64,000 nucleotides of DNA from an uncultured Desulfospira sp. (GTDB taxonomy: Bacteria > Desulfobacterota > Desulfobacteria > Desulfobacterales > Desulfobacteraceae). The notes below the pieces were generated by a model. The model did not search any database. It was not told where the DNA came from and saw only the letters and a program-made list of their open reading frames with translations. Every line of letters begins with the position of its first letter. The first letter of the stretch is position 1. Shown here in pieces: positions 30,864 through 41,461 of the stretch. A program made the translations under genes and the position numbers. The stretch spans positions 5,216,001 to 5,280,000 of the forward strand of contig OY760175.1 of assembly GCA_963663165.1 (NCBI GenBank), in the 5' to 3' direction.

Positions 30864-31596
30864 GATGAATTCCTTGTTTAGATGCAATCATTGTAACCAA
30901 CCCTTCCTCAACGGTTGTGTCCACCTTAAATCCGCACTGCAATAATTGATCAGCCACCCACTGCTTTGACAACCGCAGTTTCCGGTAAAAGCTTTTAAAA
31001 AAGTGCCATTCCCCATTCAGTCTTTTATATATAATATCATGCACCTTTACCGTTTCAGGCTCATATTCAAGAAAGCATGTGAAAATGATACGTTCGTCAC
31101 TTTTAACCGGCAAAAATCTGTCTGTATCCTTTAACTCATATGTTAAATCCCTGAAGGTCATGATAAACCTGCCGTTAACTTCCAACGAATTGATAACTTT
31201 AGCGAAAAGCAAAGAAACGGTTTCTTTTGATTCCAGGTGAAGCAGGGTATCCGTCATGCAGACCATTAACTCAATGCCGCTTCTGACGGATTTGTCAAAA
31301 TCAATCAGGTCTCCCTGGACAGGGGTGATGTTAAGATTTGCCGCATTGCTTTTTAATTCATCCAGGAGTGTCGGGTCCAGGTCAATTGCCGTTACCGAAT
31401 ATCCTGCCTTGGCCAAAGGAATGGATTGAAACCCGCTGCCCGCCCCTAAGTCAACCGCAACCCCCGATCCCCTGGGGATCAGTTGATGTTGGCTGAAAAA
31501 TTGAGCATTGCGCTGAATGCCACTGTCCAATCCGCCATACACCCAGGAATAAACGTCTGAAAGCACTTTAGCATAATGTTCTTTAACCGTTGCCAT
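30853..31596 (-). CDS. Class I SAM-dependent methyltransferase
   Basis: [21 protein letters not shown]. Confidence 0.85.
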   Translation of the reverse strand: MATVKEHYAKVLSDVYSWVYGGLDSGIQRNAQFFSQHQLIPRGSGVAVDLGAGSGFQSIPLAKAGYSVTAIDLDPTLLDELKSNAANLNITPVQGDLIDFDKSVRSGIELMVCMTDTLLHLESKETVSLLFAKVINSLEVNGRFIMTFRDLTYELKDTDRFLPVKSDERIIFTCFLEYEPETVKVHDIIYKRLNGEWHFFKSFYRKLRLSKQWVADQLLQCGFKVDTTVEEGLVTMIASKQGIHHGR

Positions 31597-31617
31597 GTTC
31601 TAATCCTTTTTAATTGG

Positions 31618-31834
31618 TCATGATGCGGATTCGTCAAAGTATTCCAGAATATCACCCGGCTGGCAAGTCCAGGTGACGACAAATGGCGTCAAGGGTGGAA
31701 AATCGAATGGCCTTGGCCCTTCCTGTTTTCAGGATAGATAAATTTTGGGCAGTGATGCCTATTTCTTCAGCCAGGGTATTGGATTTAAGTTTACGCTGAG
31801 CCAGCATGACATCCAGATTGATACGAATGGCCAT
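31618..31834 (-). pseudogene. YozG-like Xre HTH regulator, +1 frameshift
   Basis: NLSILKTGRAKAIRFSTL..IC; removing one T in GACTTGC restores DCQPGDILEY...*. Confidence 0.8.
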
Positions 31835-31844
31835 TATTCTCCGT

Positions 31845-31990
31845 CTAAATCGTTAAGTTTTGTTCTTCCTGCAGTTGGCAGCCTTCTTGCATTACGCGGG
31901 CGATGGTTGCCATGATATACCCTATGATAAACAGGGTGATATCCTGTCCCTTTAATGCCAAAGAAATCATGCGTTCCCCCTGGGGCTGGT
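31845..31990 (-). pseudogene. DUF2975 membrane protein, 3' remnant
   Basis: Translates GERMISL..D..LF.IG..IARVMQEG..LQEEQNLTI*, directly before the YozG-like gene; no 5' part. Confidence 0.72.
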
Positions 31991-32442
31991 GATGGGTGAT
32001 AAATTTTTGACCATCCGGATACATTCAAGCCTTGATCCATCCGGCAGGCAGTGAAACGTCAATTTTTCTTCCAAATATCCATGGGCAGCATAAAAGCCTT
32101 TTGCATTTAATGTGGCATAAACCGTAATTTTTATAAGGTTATTTTTTCGGGCTGTCTTCTCAAGTTCACCAAGGAGTGTTGACCCAATCCCCTTTCCGGT
32201 AACTTCAGGATGAATGTAAATGGCACTGATTTGTGCATTTTCAACATCTATAATTCCTATTCCCGTCAGATCCTGTTGAGAATTACAAGCAACCAAAAAT
32301 ACCTTTTCTCTTAAGGCTTGATCGCGGTCCAGGCGTTTAACTGTTCATGGGTATAGTGATCAGCGCACAGTTTTCTGGTTGACTCGATATGCAGCCTTGA
32401 AATATGTTCCTTATCAGCAACGGTTGCTTTTCTTATGTTCAT
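31967..32442 (-). pseudogene. GNAT acetyltransferase split by a frameshift
   Basis: MNIRKAT..EQLNAW in one frame; DQALREKVFLVA..IYIHPE..GKGIGS.LL..NA.GFY in another. Confidence 0.8.
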
Positions 32443-32699
32443 ATTTTTACATTTCTGTTCAAGGGTCAATATATAGGGGGTATCTGCATCGATTTTATTA
32501 AAATTCCCCTCAGGGGTCAGATACATTCTCAAGGGAACCGCCCGAACATTTCTGCACGAGTCCCCGTCCTCTATCATTGAACTTTCCCCAAAGTCTGCCG
32601 TCATCCACTATCTCCCCGGCATCCTGGCCACCTTCGAGGTCGCACCCAAGCCCGATATCCGGATGCTGGGCATTGATGTCCACCTTAGGGATTCAAGCT

Positions 32700-32880
32700 G
32701 GTTTTCGGTAAAACCGCTTATGCCTGCCTGCTTGAGGCCCGTATGGAAAAGGCATATGCCCTTTTGTCCCAGGGCCGGATGAATGTCAGCGAAGTGGCCT
32801 GGGAAGTCGGCTACATCAATGTCAGCCATTTTGGCGCAGCATTCCGGAAACAATACGGCGTAAATCCCAAGGTGTTCCAG
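32700..32880 (+). pseudogene. AraC-family regulator C-terminal HTH remnant
   Basis: FGKTAY..L..RMEKA..LL....NVSEVAWEVGY...SHF..AFRKQYGVNP. Confidence 0.8.
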
Positions 32881-33465
32881 GTGGCCTGGCATCATAACCC
32901 TGACCTGATGACCTATGCCGGTGTTTCCCGCGGGTATCGCAGCGGAGGCTTCAATACCGCTTATCAGGACGCTTCTGATATAAAATTCGGGAGTGAATTC
33001 AGCTGGAACTATGAACTGGGATGTAAATCCTCGTGGTTTAACCACCACCTTCAATTGAATACCACCCTGTTTTTTATCGAGATTAAAGACCAGCAGATCG
33101 TTCAATTGCTTCCCTCTGCAGATACCATAATCAAAAATGCCGGCAAATCCCGGAGCGAGGGCTTTGAAATAGAGACCAAAGCCCAATTGCATAAGGGCCT
33201 GACTCTGGAAGCAGGCCTGGGGTATGCCGACTCGGAATTCAAAGACTACACTGATCCTTTGGCCGGTACGGACTATAAAGGCAACAGGACCCCTCTGGCA
33301 CCTGAATACACGTACAATCTTGCCCTGCAGTACAATAAATCCCTGTCAGACCGGTGGGATATTTTTTTGAGGACGGAACTCAACGGTATTGGCTCCTTTT
33401 GCTGGGACGATGCCAATACACTGAAGCAGGATTCTTACCGGCTGGTGAACATGAGCCTTGGCAGG
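32881..33465 (+). pseudogene. TonB-dependent receptor internal fragment
   Basis: SRGYRSGGFN, NYELG.K, NAG.S.S.GFE, P.AP..T; no plug domain or terminal Phe strand. Confidence 0.8.
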
Positions 33466-33879
33466 AGAGGACGTTTTGTCTATCCCAAAACGATTTCAAC
33501 AGATTTTTTTTGTAAGGTTTGTTTTTGATTTTTTAGTTAAGGAAAACAAGACGTTATTGTATCCCAAATTTGAATTAAACACCTTATCAGAACAAAAGAG
33601 GCGCTTTTATGGCCCCTTGTATTCAACCGAGATCCGACTTTATTTATCCTGGTGCCGGGCAGTTTGGCGAATTTGTTTACGAGATTGACGGCATGGCCGG
33701 GCTCAACTGCCTGCCAATGGTATTTCCGGTTGTTTGGCTGCATGAACGGGCCTGCCGCAGCCTATCCCCGTATTGATTTCAAGGTGGCCAATGCACCGGA
33801 TTCATTTGGAATCCTCAGCCCGCCGCAACTTCAGGGGTTTTCCCTGGGCCTGTTTTACCAAGGCCGGGCCATGATGCTT

Positions 33880-34491
33880 TTATTCCGGCAGTTTGATCAT
33901 AAGGGCGTCGGCAGTTTCGCCGGACCCCGGCAGAACGGAAAGCAGGCCGTCAACTTTTTGCTGTTCTGTGAGGTCCATGATGAACGGTTCCCAATTGCAC
34001 CACAGGGTGGTGCACTCAGAGAGGATGGAATCCGCCGCATAAGTATGACCGGCAACTGCTGTAAATTCAATAAGGACACCGACGGTTGATTTTTTCTGGG
34101 CGTACAGGGGGTCATTGTACCATATGGTTAACGTGTGCGTTCCCGGAAGAACGGTTACTTTGGTGATGCCGATTGACCGGGCCAGGGTAAAATATCCTCC
34201 GCCAAAGGGCAAAAATGATTTTCCCGCATTGGGCCGGGTCTCCCGGCCGTTGATCTGGGTAATCCATGTGCCGTTGTTGATCAGGACAAAGGTGGCGATT
34301 TCTGAATCCGGCAAGGTTTTGCCTGAATAATGTTTGGATGTAAACCCTTTTGTCTTGGAGGCCATGGTGTCCGTTGTCGCCAGAAAATCGTTTGAATTCT
34401 TGCCTGTCGGACTGCATCCGGTCAATCCTCCTGCAAAGAGCAGCAACGCCCCTGTCAGCGCAATCCCCCTTTTTTTATACGAAAGCCTCAT
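33880..34491 (-). CDS. Hypothetical lipoprotein
   Basis: LTGC lipobox; LPGTH.L...Y, FTAVAGHTY. Confidence 0.7.
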   Translation of the reverse strand: MRLSYKKRGIALTGALLLFAGGLTGCSPTGKNSNDFLATTDTMASKTKGFTSKHYSGKTLPDSEIATFVLINNGTWITQINGRETRPNAGKSFLPFGGGYFTLARSIGITKVTVLPGTHTLTIWYNDPLYAQKKSTVGVLIEFTAVAGHTYAADSILSECTTLWCNWEPFIMDLTEQQKVDGLLSVLPGSGETADALMIKLPE

Positions 34492-34523
34492 TAACGTCGG
34501 CCCTTTCTTTGTCTCCACACCAC

Positions 34524-35069
34524 TTAACGCCACAGTTTGACGGTTCCGCCGGTCCGGGTCTTATATTCATGGGGGGATATCGGGGAGCGGTCTCCCTGAA
34601 AATACTTTTCCACCCGTTGTTTTATGGCGTCAGGATCCCGGTCCGCAATCTGTGAATAATCCTGGTCATCGGCAATATCAATGACCACAGGCTGCCATCT
34701 GTTGGAGGATAAAAATTCAGGTTTGATGTAATAGACATGACCTGCTTTTGCGGTGAAAGCAATGGGCATGTCGTTACCGATGGTTTTGCTGTATGTCCCG
34801 CCGGAATAATATCTGACCACCAGCGTATAGCTGCCGGGAAGAATTTCACCATTGGTCTCGGACCAGCATAACAGCTTTATTTTTTCCTGTCCTTGTCTGG
34901 TGATCTCTCCGATCTGGCAATGGCGTGCCAGGTATATAAAGGCAACCTCTTCTCTGGGGAACACTTCTCCGGTATAGTATCGTAGGCCTGAAAATGAGGC
35001 ACACCCGGAAAGAAAAAAAGAAAGAAATATAAAACAGCCGGTGAATCTAAGGCGATAATCTGTTTTCAT
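34524..35069 (-). CDS. Hypothetical lipoprotein, paralog of its neighbour
   Basis: LSGC lipobox; LPGSY.L...Y, FTAKAGHVY. Confidence 0.7.
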   Translation of the reverse strand: MKTDYRLRFTGCFIFLSFFLSGCASFSGLRYYTGEVFPREEVAFIYLARHCQIGEITRQGQEKIKLLCWSETNGEILPGSYTLVVRYYSGGTYSKTIGNDMPIAFTAKAGHVYYIKPEFLSSNRWQPVVIDIADDQDYSQIADRDPDAIKQRVEKYFQGDRSPISPHEYKTRTGGTVKLWR

Positions 35070-35258
35070 GATCCCCAATATTAAACGAAAAAATATACCG
35101 TATTATTTGGGGGTGAAGATGAGCGCGTGCCTGTTGCTGAGGTAAGGTATCAAAATCCCCAAATCTCAAAGGTTCTTTTCCTGATACAAGAACAACATGC
35201 AGTTCTTGTATCAGGGGGATCTAATCCGGTCAAGGTAAAAAAATAACCGGTGGATTAT

Positions 35259-36113
35259 TTAAGAACCAACCGCTTTTGAATAGAATACGGCGGCGTTTTT
35301 TCCTAAAACCATGTCCTTTTGCTCTTGGTTGAGCCCGGACTGGTCCAGGTCTTTGTAGTACCGCTGGGGCTTGAGCAGGGGAAAATCCGTTCCAAACAGG
35401 ACTTTATCGATCACCCCGGCGGCGGCTGCCATGTCATAGATACTTGAATCATAAAGAAACACAGAGGCGGCCGTGTCATACCAGATGTTTTTTAGATCTT
35501 GTTTTAACTGCCGCTTCATTACATGGTAAAAAAAGATGCCGCCCCCCCAGTGGGCCAGGATAATCCGGTTGTCCGGGAAGGTTCTGGCAAGGGTGTTGAT
35601 CTGGTCAAGGGTGACCGGTGTTTTGCCCGGATACAGGTGGCCCAATGGCTCGTTAGTGTGGATCATGCAGGGCAGGTTGCCCTTGTCCCGCAGGACCGCC
35701 ATGACCGGGCTCAGGCTTTCCAGGGCGGTACGGTCAATTCCTGACAAATAAAAGGCCAGCTCCCCGACGCCGGAAAGCCCGGCATCAATACACCGTTCAG
35801 CCTCCCGGGCCGCTTCGGGCCAGGCCGCGTTAAAACAGGCAAGCCCCCGGATCCTGTCCGGATACTTTAGCACGGCCTCAATGACCATATCATTGTTTTG
35901 CCTGGCATATTCGGGGTGACGCCAGGGAAACCCCGACACCACGGATATATCCACTTGCTGTTCGTCCATGACGCGGATCAGTTCTTCGACCCCGGAAATG
36001 GGGGATTTGGGCGAATCATAAAGGAGTTTGAATTCAGGTTCACCGTTAAAAAACGGTGACCGGTCCGATTGAACGGCTTTTGAAAACAGGTGAACGTGGC
36101 TGTCGATAATCAT
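35259..36113 (-). CDS. Amidohydrolase_2 family protein
   Basis: IDSHVH, GVGE, ILAHWGGG, LFGTDFP. Confidence 0.9.
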   Translation of the reverse strand: MIIDSHVHLFSKAVQSDRSPFFNGEPEFKLLYDSPKSPISGVEELIRVMDEQQVDISVVSGFPWRHPEYARQNNDMVIEAVLKYPDRIRGLACFNAAWPEAAREAERCIDAGLSGVGELAFYLSGIDRTALESLSPVMAVLRDKGNLPCMIHTNEPLGHLYPGKTPVTLDQINTLARTFPDNRIILAHWGGGIFFYHVMKRQLKQDLKNIWYDTAASVFLYDSSIYDMAAAAGVIDKVLFGTDFPLLKPQRYYKDLDQSGLNQEQKDMVLGKNAAVFYSKAVGS

Positions 36114-36190
36114 TAAAATCTCTCCTAACTTTACTGGGTCAGCCCTTCAGGGTAACCGTATTTGTAATAATACAGTTAATCCAATATAAT

Positions 36191-36252
36191 GGACTTGGGA
36201 CTTGGAATATGGGGCTTGCAGTATCCGTGGCCTCCCCAAGTCCCAAGTCCAA
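36191..36252. repeat. GGACTTG heptamer inverted array
   Basis: ggacttg-ggacttg-gaatatg-gggcttg ... ccccaagtcccaagtcca. Confidence 0.7.
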
Positions 36253-36400
36253 ATTTTTTACATTATTAAATCCACCAACGATCCCCAAATACCATGCCGG
36301 ATTATAAATACGGCTACCCTGTGCAACCCTTCAATAACGATTGAAAATTAACCCGTATCAATATATATTAACTATTTTGTTTGAACAAGGAAGAATCAAA

Positions 36401-37063
36401 ATGAAGTATTACCCGGTATGCCTTGATGTGAAACAGCGGAACTGTCTGGTGGTTGGCGGCGGTTCCGTGGGATTTAGAAAGGCATTGGGGCTTGAAAAAT
36501 GCGGCGCCAGGGTCAGGGTGGTCAGCCCTGAGTTTTCACCACAGTTTAACGCCCATCAAAGCCGGGGGATTCAACTGCAATCCCGGGCTTATCAGACATC
36601 GGATCTTGAGGGAACGTTTCTGGTCTTTGCGGCCACGGATAATGCCGATCTGAACCGGGAGGTCATGGATGATGCCAAGGCGCGCGGGGTGTTGTGCTGC
36701 CTGGCAGACCGGCCTGAATGCAGTGATTTTATCCTGCCGGCAGTGGTTGAACAGGGGGACCTGGTCTTATCCGTTTCCACGTCAGGGGCAAGTCCTGCCC
36801 TGGCCCGGAAGATTAAACAGGATATCAGCCGGATGTTCGGGCCGGAATATGCGGTCTTCTTAAGGCTTATGAGACAGATCCGGCAGCGGCTGCTGTCAGA
36901 AGGCCATGATCCTTCAGGGCATCGGCAGGTGTTTACCACCCTGGCCGGGTCTGATATCCCCGGGTTGATCCGTGCCGGGAATACACAAAAGATTGATTCG
37001 ATTTTAACAGGTTTGCTGGGCAGCGAATTTACCTATGAAAGCCTGGCGCCACGGGAGGACTAA
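36401..37063 (+). CDS. sirC: Precorrin-2 dehydrogenase / sirohydrochlorin ferrochelatase (SirC / CysG N-terminal type)
   Basis: YYPVCL, VVGGGSVG.RK, FAATD, STSGASPALA. Confidence 0.88.
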   Translation: MKYYPVCLDVKQRNCLVVGGGSVGFRKALGLEKCGARVRVVSPEFSPQFNAHQSRGIQLQSRAYQTSDLEGTFLVFAATDNADLNREVMDDAKARGVLCCLADRPECSDFILPAVVEQGDLVLSVSTSGASPALARKIKQDISRMFGPEYAVFLRLMRQIRQRLLSEGHDPSGHRQVFTTLAGSDIPGLIRAGNTQKIDSILTGLLGSEFTYESLAPRED

Positions 37064-37897
37064 ATGACGTTGGAATCGGCAAGAATGCTGCTGCAACTGG
37101 CATTTATTCTGTACTGTTCGGGCACGGCCGGTTATGTGTACTACCTTTTTTTTCAAAAGGATAAGATCCAGCAATATTCTTTTGGGCTGACATCCCTGGC
37201 CGTGCTGGTCCATTTTGCCGGGATGGTCTGCCAGGTCGCAGCCATTAAAACCATTCCCGTGTACAACCTTGTCCAGAACCTGTCAATGGCCGGGCTGGCA
37301 TTGGGTGTCATGTTTGTGATCATTCAGCTTAAGTTTAACCTGAAGATTTTAGGGGTGTTTGCCTCATCCATTCTGACGGTCATCATGGCGGCGGTCATGC
37401 TGCTGCCGGACACGCCGGTAGGGGCCGATAAGATTTTCAAAGGGTTCTGGCTTTATTCCCATATTGTCCTGGTGTTTACCGGGGAAGGGGCCCTGGCCCT
37501 GGCCAGTGGCGCCGGCATCCTTTACCTTCTCCAGGAAAAAGGAATCCGGCAGAAAAAAACCGGATTTTTTTTCAGCCGGCTGCCGTCTTTGGATTTTCTG
37601 GATGATGTGAGCTATGCCTGTATCGGTACCGGGTTTGCCCTTTTAACCTTTGGTCTGGTGACCGGGTTTATCTATGCCAAATCCGTATGGGGCCGTTTCT
37701 GGAACTGGGATGTCAAAGAAATTTTTTCCGTGGGAACCTGGCTGATGTATGCGGCCATCCTTCATTTCCGATTTTACTCCGGGTGGCGGGGCCGGCGCTC
37801 GGCCATCATGACTATTGTGGGGTTTCTGGTCATGGTGTTTACGTTTTTAGGGGTAAATTTTTTCCTGGGCGGCCATCATCAGGGGTTTACTCAGTAA
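37064..37897 (+). CDS. ccsA: Cytochrome c assembly family membrane protein (CcsA/HemX-like)
   Basis: RLPSL..LD, WGRFWNWD.KE, GWRGRRSA. Confidence 0.85.
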   Translation: MTLESARMLLQLAFILYCSGTAGYVYYLFFQKDKIQQYSFGLTSLAVLVHFAGMVCQVAAIKTIPVYNLVQNLSMAGLALGVMFVIIQLKFNLKILGVFASSILTVIMAAVMLLPDTPVGADKIFKGFWLYSHIVLVFTGEGALALASGAGILYLLQEKGIRQKKTGFFFSRLPSLDFLDDVSYACIGTGFALLTFGLVTGFIYAKSVWGRFWNWDVKEIFSVGTWLMYAAILHFRFYSGWRGRRSAIMTIVGFLVMVFTFLGVNFFLGGHHQGFTQ

Positions 37898-37981
37898 GGA
37901 CGAGGGATGGCGGATGAATATTGGGGGTTGAAGGCTTCAAGGATGAGAAGGGACCCTTGGTAAGGGTGATAAGAAACAAGA

Positions 37982-39286
37982 ATGATTGATAATTTTCATA
38001 CGGTGGCCAAGCCGGATATTTATTTAATCGGGGCCAGCCACCGGACGGCTCCTGTTGAGCTTCGAGAAAAGTTGGCCTTTTCCCAGGAGGAAAGTGCTGC
38101 GCTTTTAAACCGGTTCAGGTCAGATGAGATGTTCCGGGAAGGCATCCTTTTTTCCACCTGTAACCGGACAGAGGTTCTTTTCATCCCCCATGAGAACCAG
38201 GAAAACCCCGTGGAAAAGATGGTGGAAACAATCAGTTCTTTTAAAGGGATAAAATCCTCCGAGTTTCAGTCCGCCTTATATATTCATAAGGGGGAGGAGG
38301 CGGTCCGCCATATTTTCAGGGTGGCCGCAAGCCTTGATTCCATGATGGTCGGCGAACCCCAGATCCTTGGCCAGGTTAAACAGGCCTATCGGATGGCGGT
38401 TGAGTGTAAAACCTCGGGGGTGCTGGTGAACCGGATGATGCACAAGGCGTTTTCTGTTGCCAAGCGCGTCAGAAAAGAAACCGGGATCGGGGATAATGCC
38501 GTGTCCATCAGCTATGCGGCCATAGAACTTGCCCATAAAATTTTTTCAGACCTGTCAACAAAAACAGCCATGCTGTTAGGGGCAGGGGAGATGGCTGAGC
38601 TTGCCGTTGAACACCTGGCCGCCAACAAGGTCAACCACATTTACGTGGCCAACCGGACCTTTAAAAACGCCATGGCCCTGGCCAAGAAATTCGATGGTGA
38701 AGCGGTACGGTTTGAAGACCGGGGACAGATGCTCAAGGATGTGGACATTATCATCAGTTCAACCGGAGCCCAGGGGTATGTCCTTACCCGGGACCAGGTC
38801 AAAGCGGCCATGAAAAAAAGGAATCACCGGACCCTGTTTTTTATCGACATTGCCGTGCCAAGGGATATTGATCCGGATATCGGCACCGTGCCCAACGCCT
38901 ATGTGTATGACATTGATGACCTTGAAAGCATTGTCCATTCCAACATCCGGCAGCGGGAGCAGGAAACCTTCAAGGCCGAGCGGTTTGTGGAACAGGCCGT
39001 GTTTACCTTTCAAAAATGGATGGACAGTCTTTCAATCGTGCCCACCATCAAGGCCATTAACGACAAGATGGCCCAGATTGTGGAAATGGAGGTTGACAAA
39101 ACCATTGCCCATCTTGGCGATCTGTCCGAAGAGCAAATCAATGCCATACAGCGGATGACCCGGGCCATTGCCTCCAGGGCCATGCATGACCCCATCAAAT
39201 TTTTGCGCAATATCGGCGACCACCGGAATGATTCCCTTTATCTGAATGTCACACGGCAGTTGTTCAATCTGGATATGAAAGAATAA
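37982..39286 (+). CDS. hemA: Glutamyl-tRNA reductase
   Basis: HRTAPVELRE, STCNRTE, LDSM..GEPQILGQVK, DIAVPRDI. Confidence 0.96.
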   Translation: MIDNFHTVAKPDIYLIGASHRTAPVELREKLAFSQEESAALLNRFRSDEMFREGILFSTCNRTEVLFIPHENQENPVEKMVETISSFKGIKSSEFQSALYIHKGEEAVRHIFRVAASLDSMMVGEPQILGQVKQAYRMAVECKTSGVLVNRMMHKAFSVAKRVRKETGIGDNAVSISYAAIELAHKIFSDLSTKTAMLLGAGEMAELAVEHLAANKVNHIYVANRTFKNAMALAKKFDGEAVRFEDRGQMLKDVDIIISSTGAQGYVLTRDQVKAAMKKRNHRTLFFIDIAVPRDIDPDIGTVPNAYVYDIDDLESIVHSNIRQREQETFKAERFVEQAVFTFQKWMDSLSIVPTIKAINDKMAQIVEMEVDKTIAHLGDLSEEQINAIQRMTRAIASRAMHDPIKFLRNIGDHRNDSLYLNVTRQLFNLDMKE

Positions 39287-39369
39287 GTTGGCTTTACTTT
39301 TCAGGGTTTGGTGATATAATACTTCATTTGAGTATCCTTCAGCACAATATAATAAAAGGGACAATGATC

Positions 39370-39732
39370 ATGAAAGAAGAAGATCTGAAGTATTTTAAAA
39401 CTCTTTTAACGGACAGGCTCAATGAGCTTTTGTCCCATGCTGACAGTACGGTGGAGGGGATGACCAAGCCAAAGGAGAATTTCGCCGATCCCACAGACCG
39501 GGCATCCCACGAAGCGGAAAGAAGTTTTGAACTGCGGATCAGGGACCGTGAGCATAAACTGATTAAAAAGATAAAAAAAGCCCTGGTAAGGATTGAAAAC
39601 GGAACCTTTGGCGTCTGTGAAGTCTGTGAGGAAGATATCTCCATTGAACGGCTCAAGGCCAGGCCCGTGACCACCCATTGCATTGACTGCAAAACCAGGG
39701 AAGAAGATATGGAGAAAGCGCTCGGCCTTTAA
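39370..39732 (+). CDS. dksA: RNA polymerase-binding protein DksA
   Basis: ADPTDRA, RDRE.KL, CxxC..RL.ARP...CxxC. Confidence 0.93.
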   Translation: MKEEDLKYFKTLLTDRLNELLSHADSTVEGMTKPKENFADPTDRASHEAERSFELRIRDREHKLIKKIKKALVRIENGTFGVCEVCEEDISIERLKARPVTTHCIDCKTREEDMEKALGL

Positions 39733-39751
39733 CGGGCTTTGGGAAAGACCC

Positions 39752-41326
39752 TTGATTGACCTTCACATACATTCTACCGCTTCTGACGGCTCTTTTACCC
39801 CCCTGGAAATTCTGAGCCTTTCAAAGGATAAGGGCCTTGAGGCCATCTCTTTGACCGATCACGATACCATTGAGGGAATCAGGGCAATTCATGAACATCT
39901 TCACTGCTTTTCCTTAGAGTTTATCTCCGGGGTCGAACTGTCCTGCACCCCACCTGAAGAATTCAAACGCGCTGGCAGCGTCCACATGCTTGGTTACGGG
40001 TTTTCCGTCTATGATACCCGGTTAAACCATTTGCTTGAAGAGGCAAAAGCCGCCAGAGAACAACGCAATTCAAAAATTATCAAAGCCCTGAATCAGATTG
40101 GCGTTCATATCAGCCTTAAAGAGGTCGAGGACCGGTTCGGCGCAGAACAGACCGGCCGCCCCCATATTGCCGAGCTTCTTAAAGAAAAGGGCGTGGTTGA
40201 CAGCTTTGACCAGGCCTTTAAATTATACTTAGGACAGGGCAAACCCGGGTATGTGGATAAATATAAAGTTTCCTGCGAAACAGCCATTCAGGTCATTACC
40301 GATGCCGGCGGGGTTCCGGTGCTGGCCCATCCGGGGCTGCTCAGACTCGACACCGACAGTGAGCTGGCCGCCTTTGTCCAAAAACTTGCCGGGTACGGTC
40401 TTCAGGGGATTGAAGTCTTTTATACAGACCATGATTCTGAACGAACGGCCTTTTTTAAGTCCCTTGCCGAACAAAACAAGCTGTTAACCACCGGTGGATC
40501 GGATTTTCACGGCACTTTTAACGCCGGGGTTGAACTGGGCACGGGCAAGGGAAATCTTGACATCGGGTTTGGCCTTTTCCAGACCCTGGCCAGGCGGGCA
40601 GCCTCCATCAGGACCCTTCACGTCCGGCTGGACATCCTTGAATCCAACTTAGGATACCGGTTTATTGACCGGCCGCTTTTGGAAAATGCCCTGTGCCACC
40701 GGTCCTACCTGAATGAAAATCAGAAAACCTGTTCATCGGACAACGAGCGCCTTGAATTTTTAGGGGATGCGGTCCTTGGCCTGTGTGTGGGCCATATTCT
40801 CATGAAAAGCAATCCGGATAAAAAAGAGGGCGACCTGTCAAAGCTTCGGTCCAGCCTGGTTTCAGAACCTGCCCTGGCCGACATGGCCAGAAAGATTGAC
40901 CTTGGGCGGTTTGTCCGGCTTGGAAAAGGGGAGGCCGTGTCGGGCGGGGCGGATAAAGATTCCATCCTTTCCGATGCCTTTGAGGCCTTGATGGCCGCTG
41001 TTTACCTGGATTCCGGGTTTGAGCGGACCTTTGAACTGGTTCAGGGCCTGTTTTCCCCCTGCATTGAAACGGCAGAGTCCAGCCTGCAAATCAGCGATTA
41101 TAAAAGCGCCCTCCAGGAGTATGCCCAGGAGGCGTGGTCGGTGACGCCGTCTTACACCCTGTCCGGCGAGATGGGGCCGGACCACGACAAAATTTTTGAA
41201 ATCAGCCTGGAACTGCCCCATATCCGGTCCACCGGTTTCGGAAAGACCAAAAAGGCAGCCGAACAGGAATCGGCCAGAAATGCCCTGGAACAGATTTACA
41301 GCGAACGGGACCAAAGCGCCGGATAA
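39752..41326 (+). CDS. rnc: PHP-domain hydrolase - ribonuclease III fusion
   Basis: N half DLHIHS..SDG, TDHD, GRPH, AHP, GGSDFHG; C half NERLEFLGDA, DAFEA and dsRBD (DYKS.LQE, GPDH, KKAAEQ); probable TTG start at 39752. Confidence 0.92.
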   Translation: MIDLHIHSTASDGSFTPLEILSLSKDKGLEAISLTDHDTIEGIRAIHEHLHCFSLEFISGVELSCTPPEEFKRAGSVHMLGYGFSVYDTRLNHLLEEAKAAREQRNSKIIKALNQIGVHISLKEVEDRFGAEQTGRPHIAELLKEKGVVDSFDQAFKLYLGQGKPGYVDKYKVSCETAIQVITDAGGVPVLAHPGLLRLDTDSELAAFVQKLAGYGLQGIEVFYTDHDSERTAFFKSLAEQNKLLTTGGSDFHGTFNAGVELGTGKGNLDIGFGLFQTLARRAASIRTLHVRLDILESNLGYRFIDRPLLENALCHRSYLNENQKTCSSDNERLEFLGDAVLGLCVGHILMKSNPDKKEGDLSKLRSSLVSEPALADMARKIDLGRFVRLGKGEAVSGGADKDSILSDAFEALMAAVYLDSGFERTFELVQGLFSPCIETAESSLQISDYKSALQEYAQEAWSVTPSYTLSGEMGPDHDKIFEISLELPHIRSTGFGKTKKAAEQESARNALEQIYSERDQSAG

Positions 41327-41331
41327 ACAAA

Positions 41332-41440
41332 GGGTAACCGAAAAAGAATGGAGACCGGATACGGGAAGCGGGAGACCGGATGTTGCGAATCCCTTAGGGT
41401 TACGCATTCCGGTCTGCGGTCTCCTTTTCTCGGGTTTTCC
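41332..41440. repeat. GGAGACC heptamer inverted array
   Basis: ggagacc-ggatacg-ggaagcg-ggagacc ... ccggtctgcggtctcc. Confidence 0.7.
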
Positions 41441-41461
41441 ACCATTTAAAGGTCTTGTATC

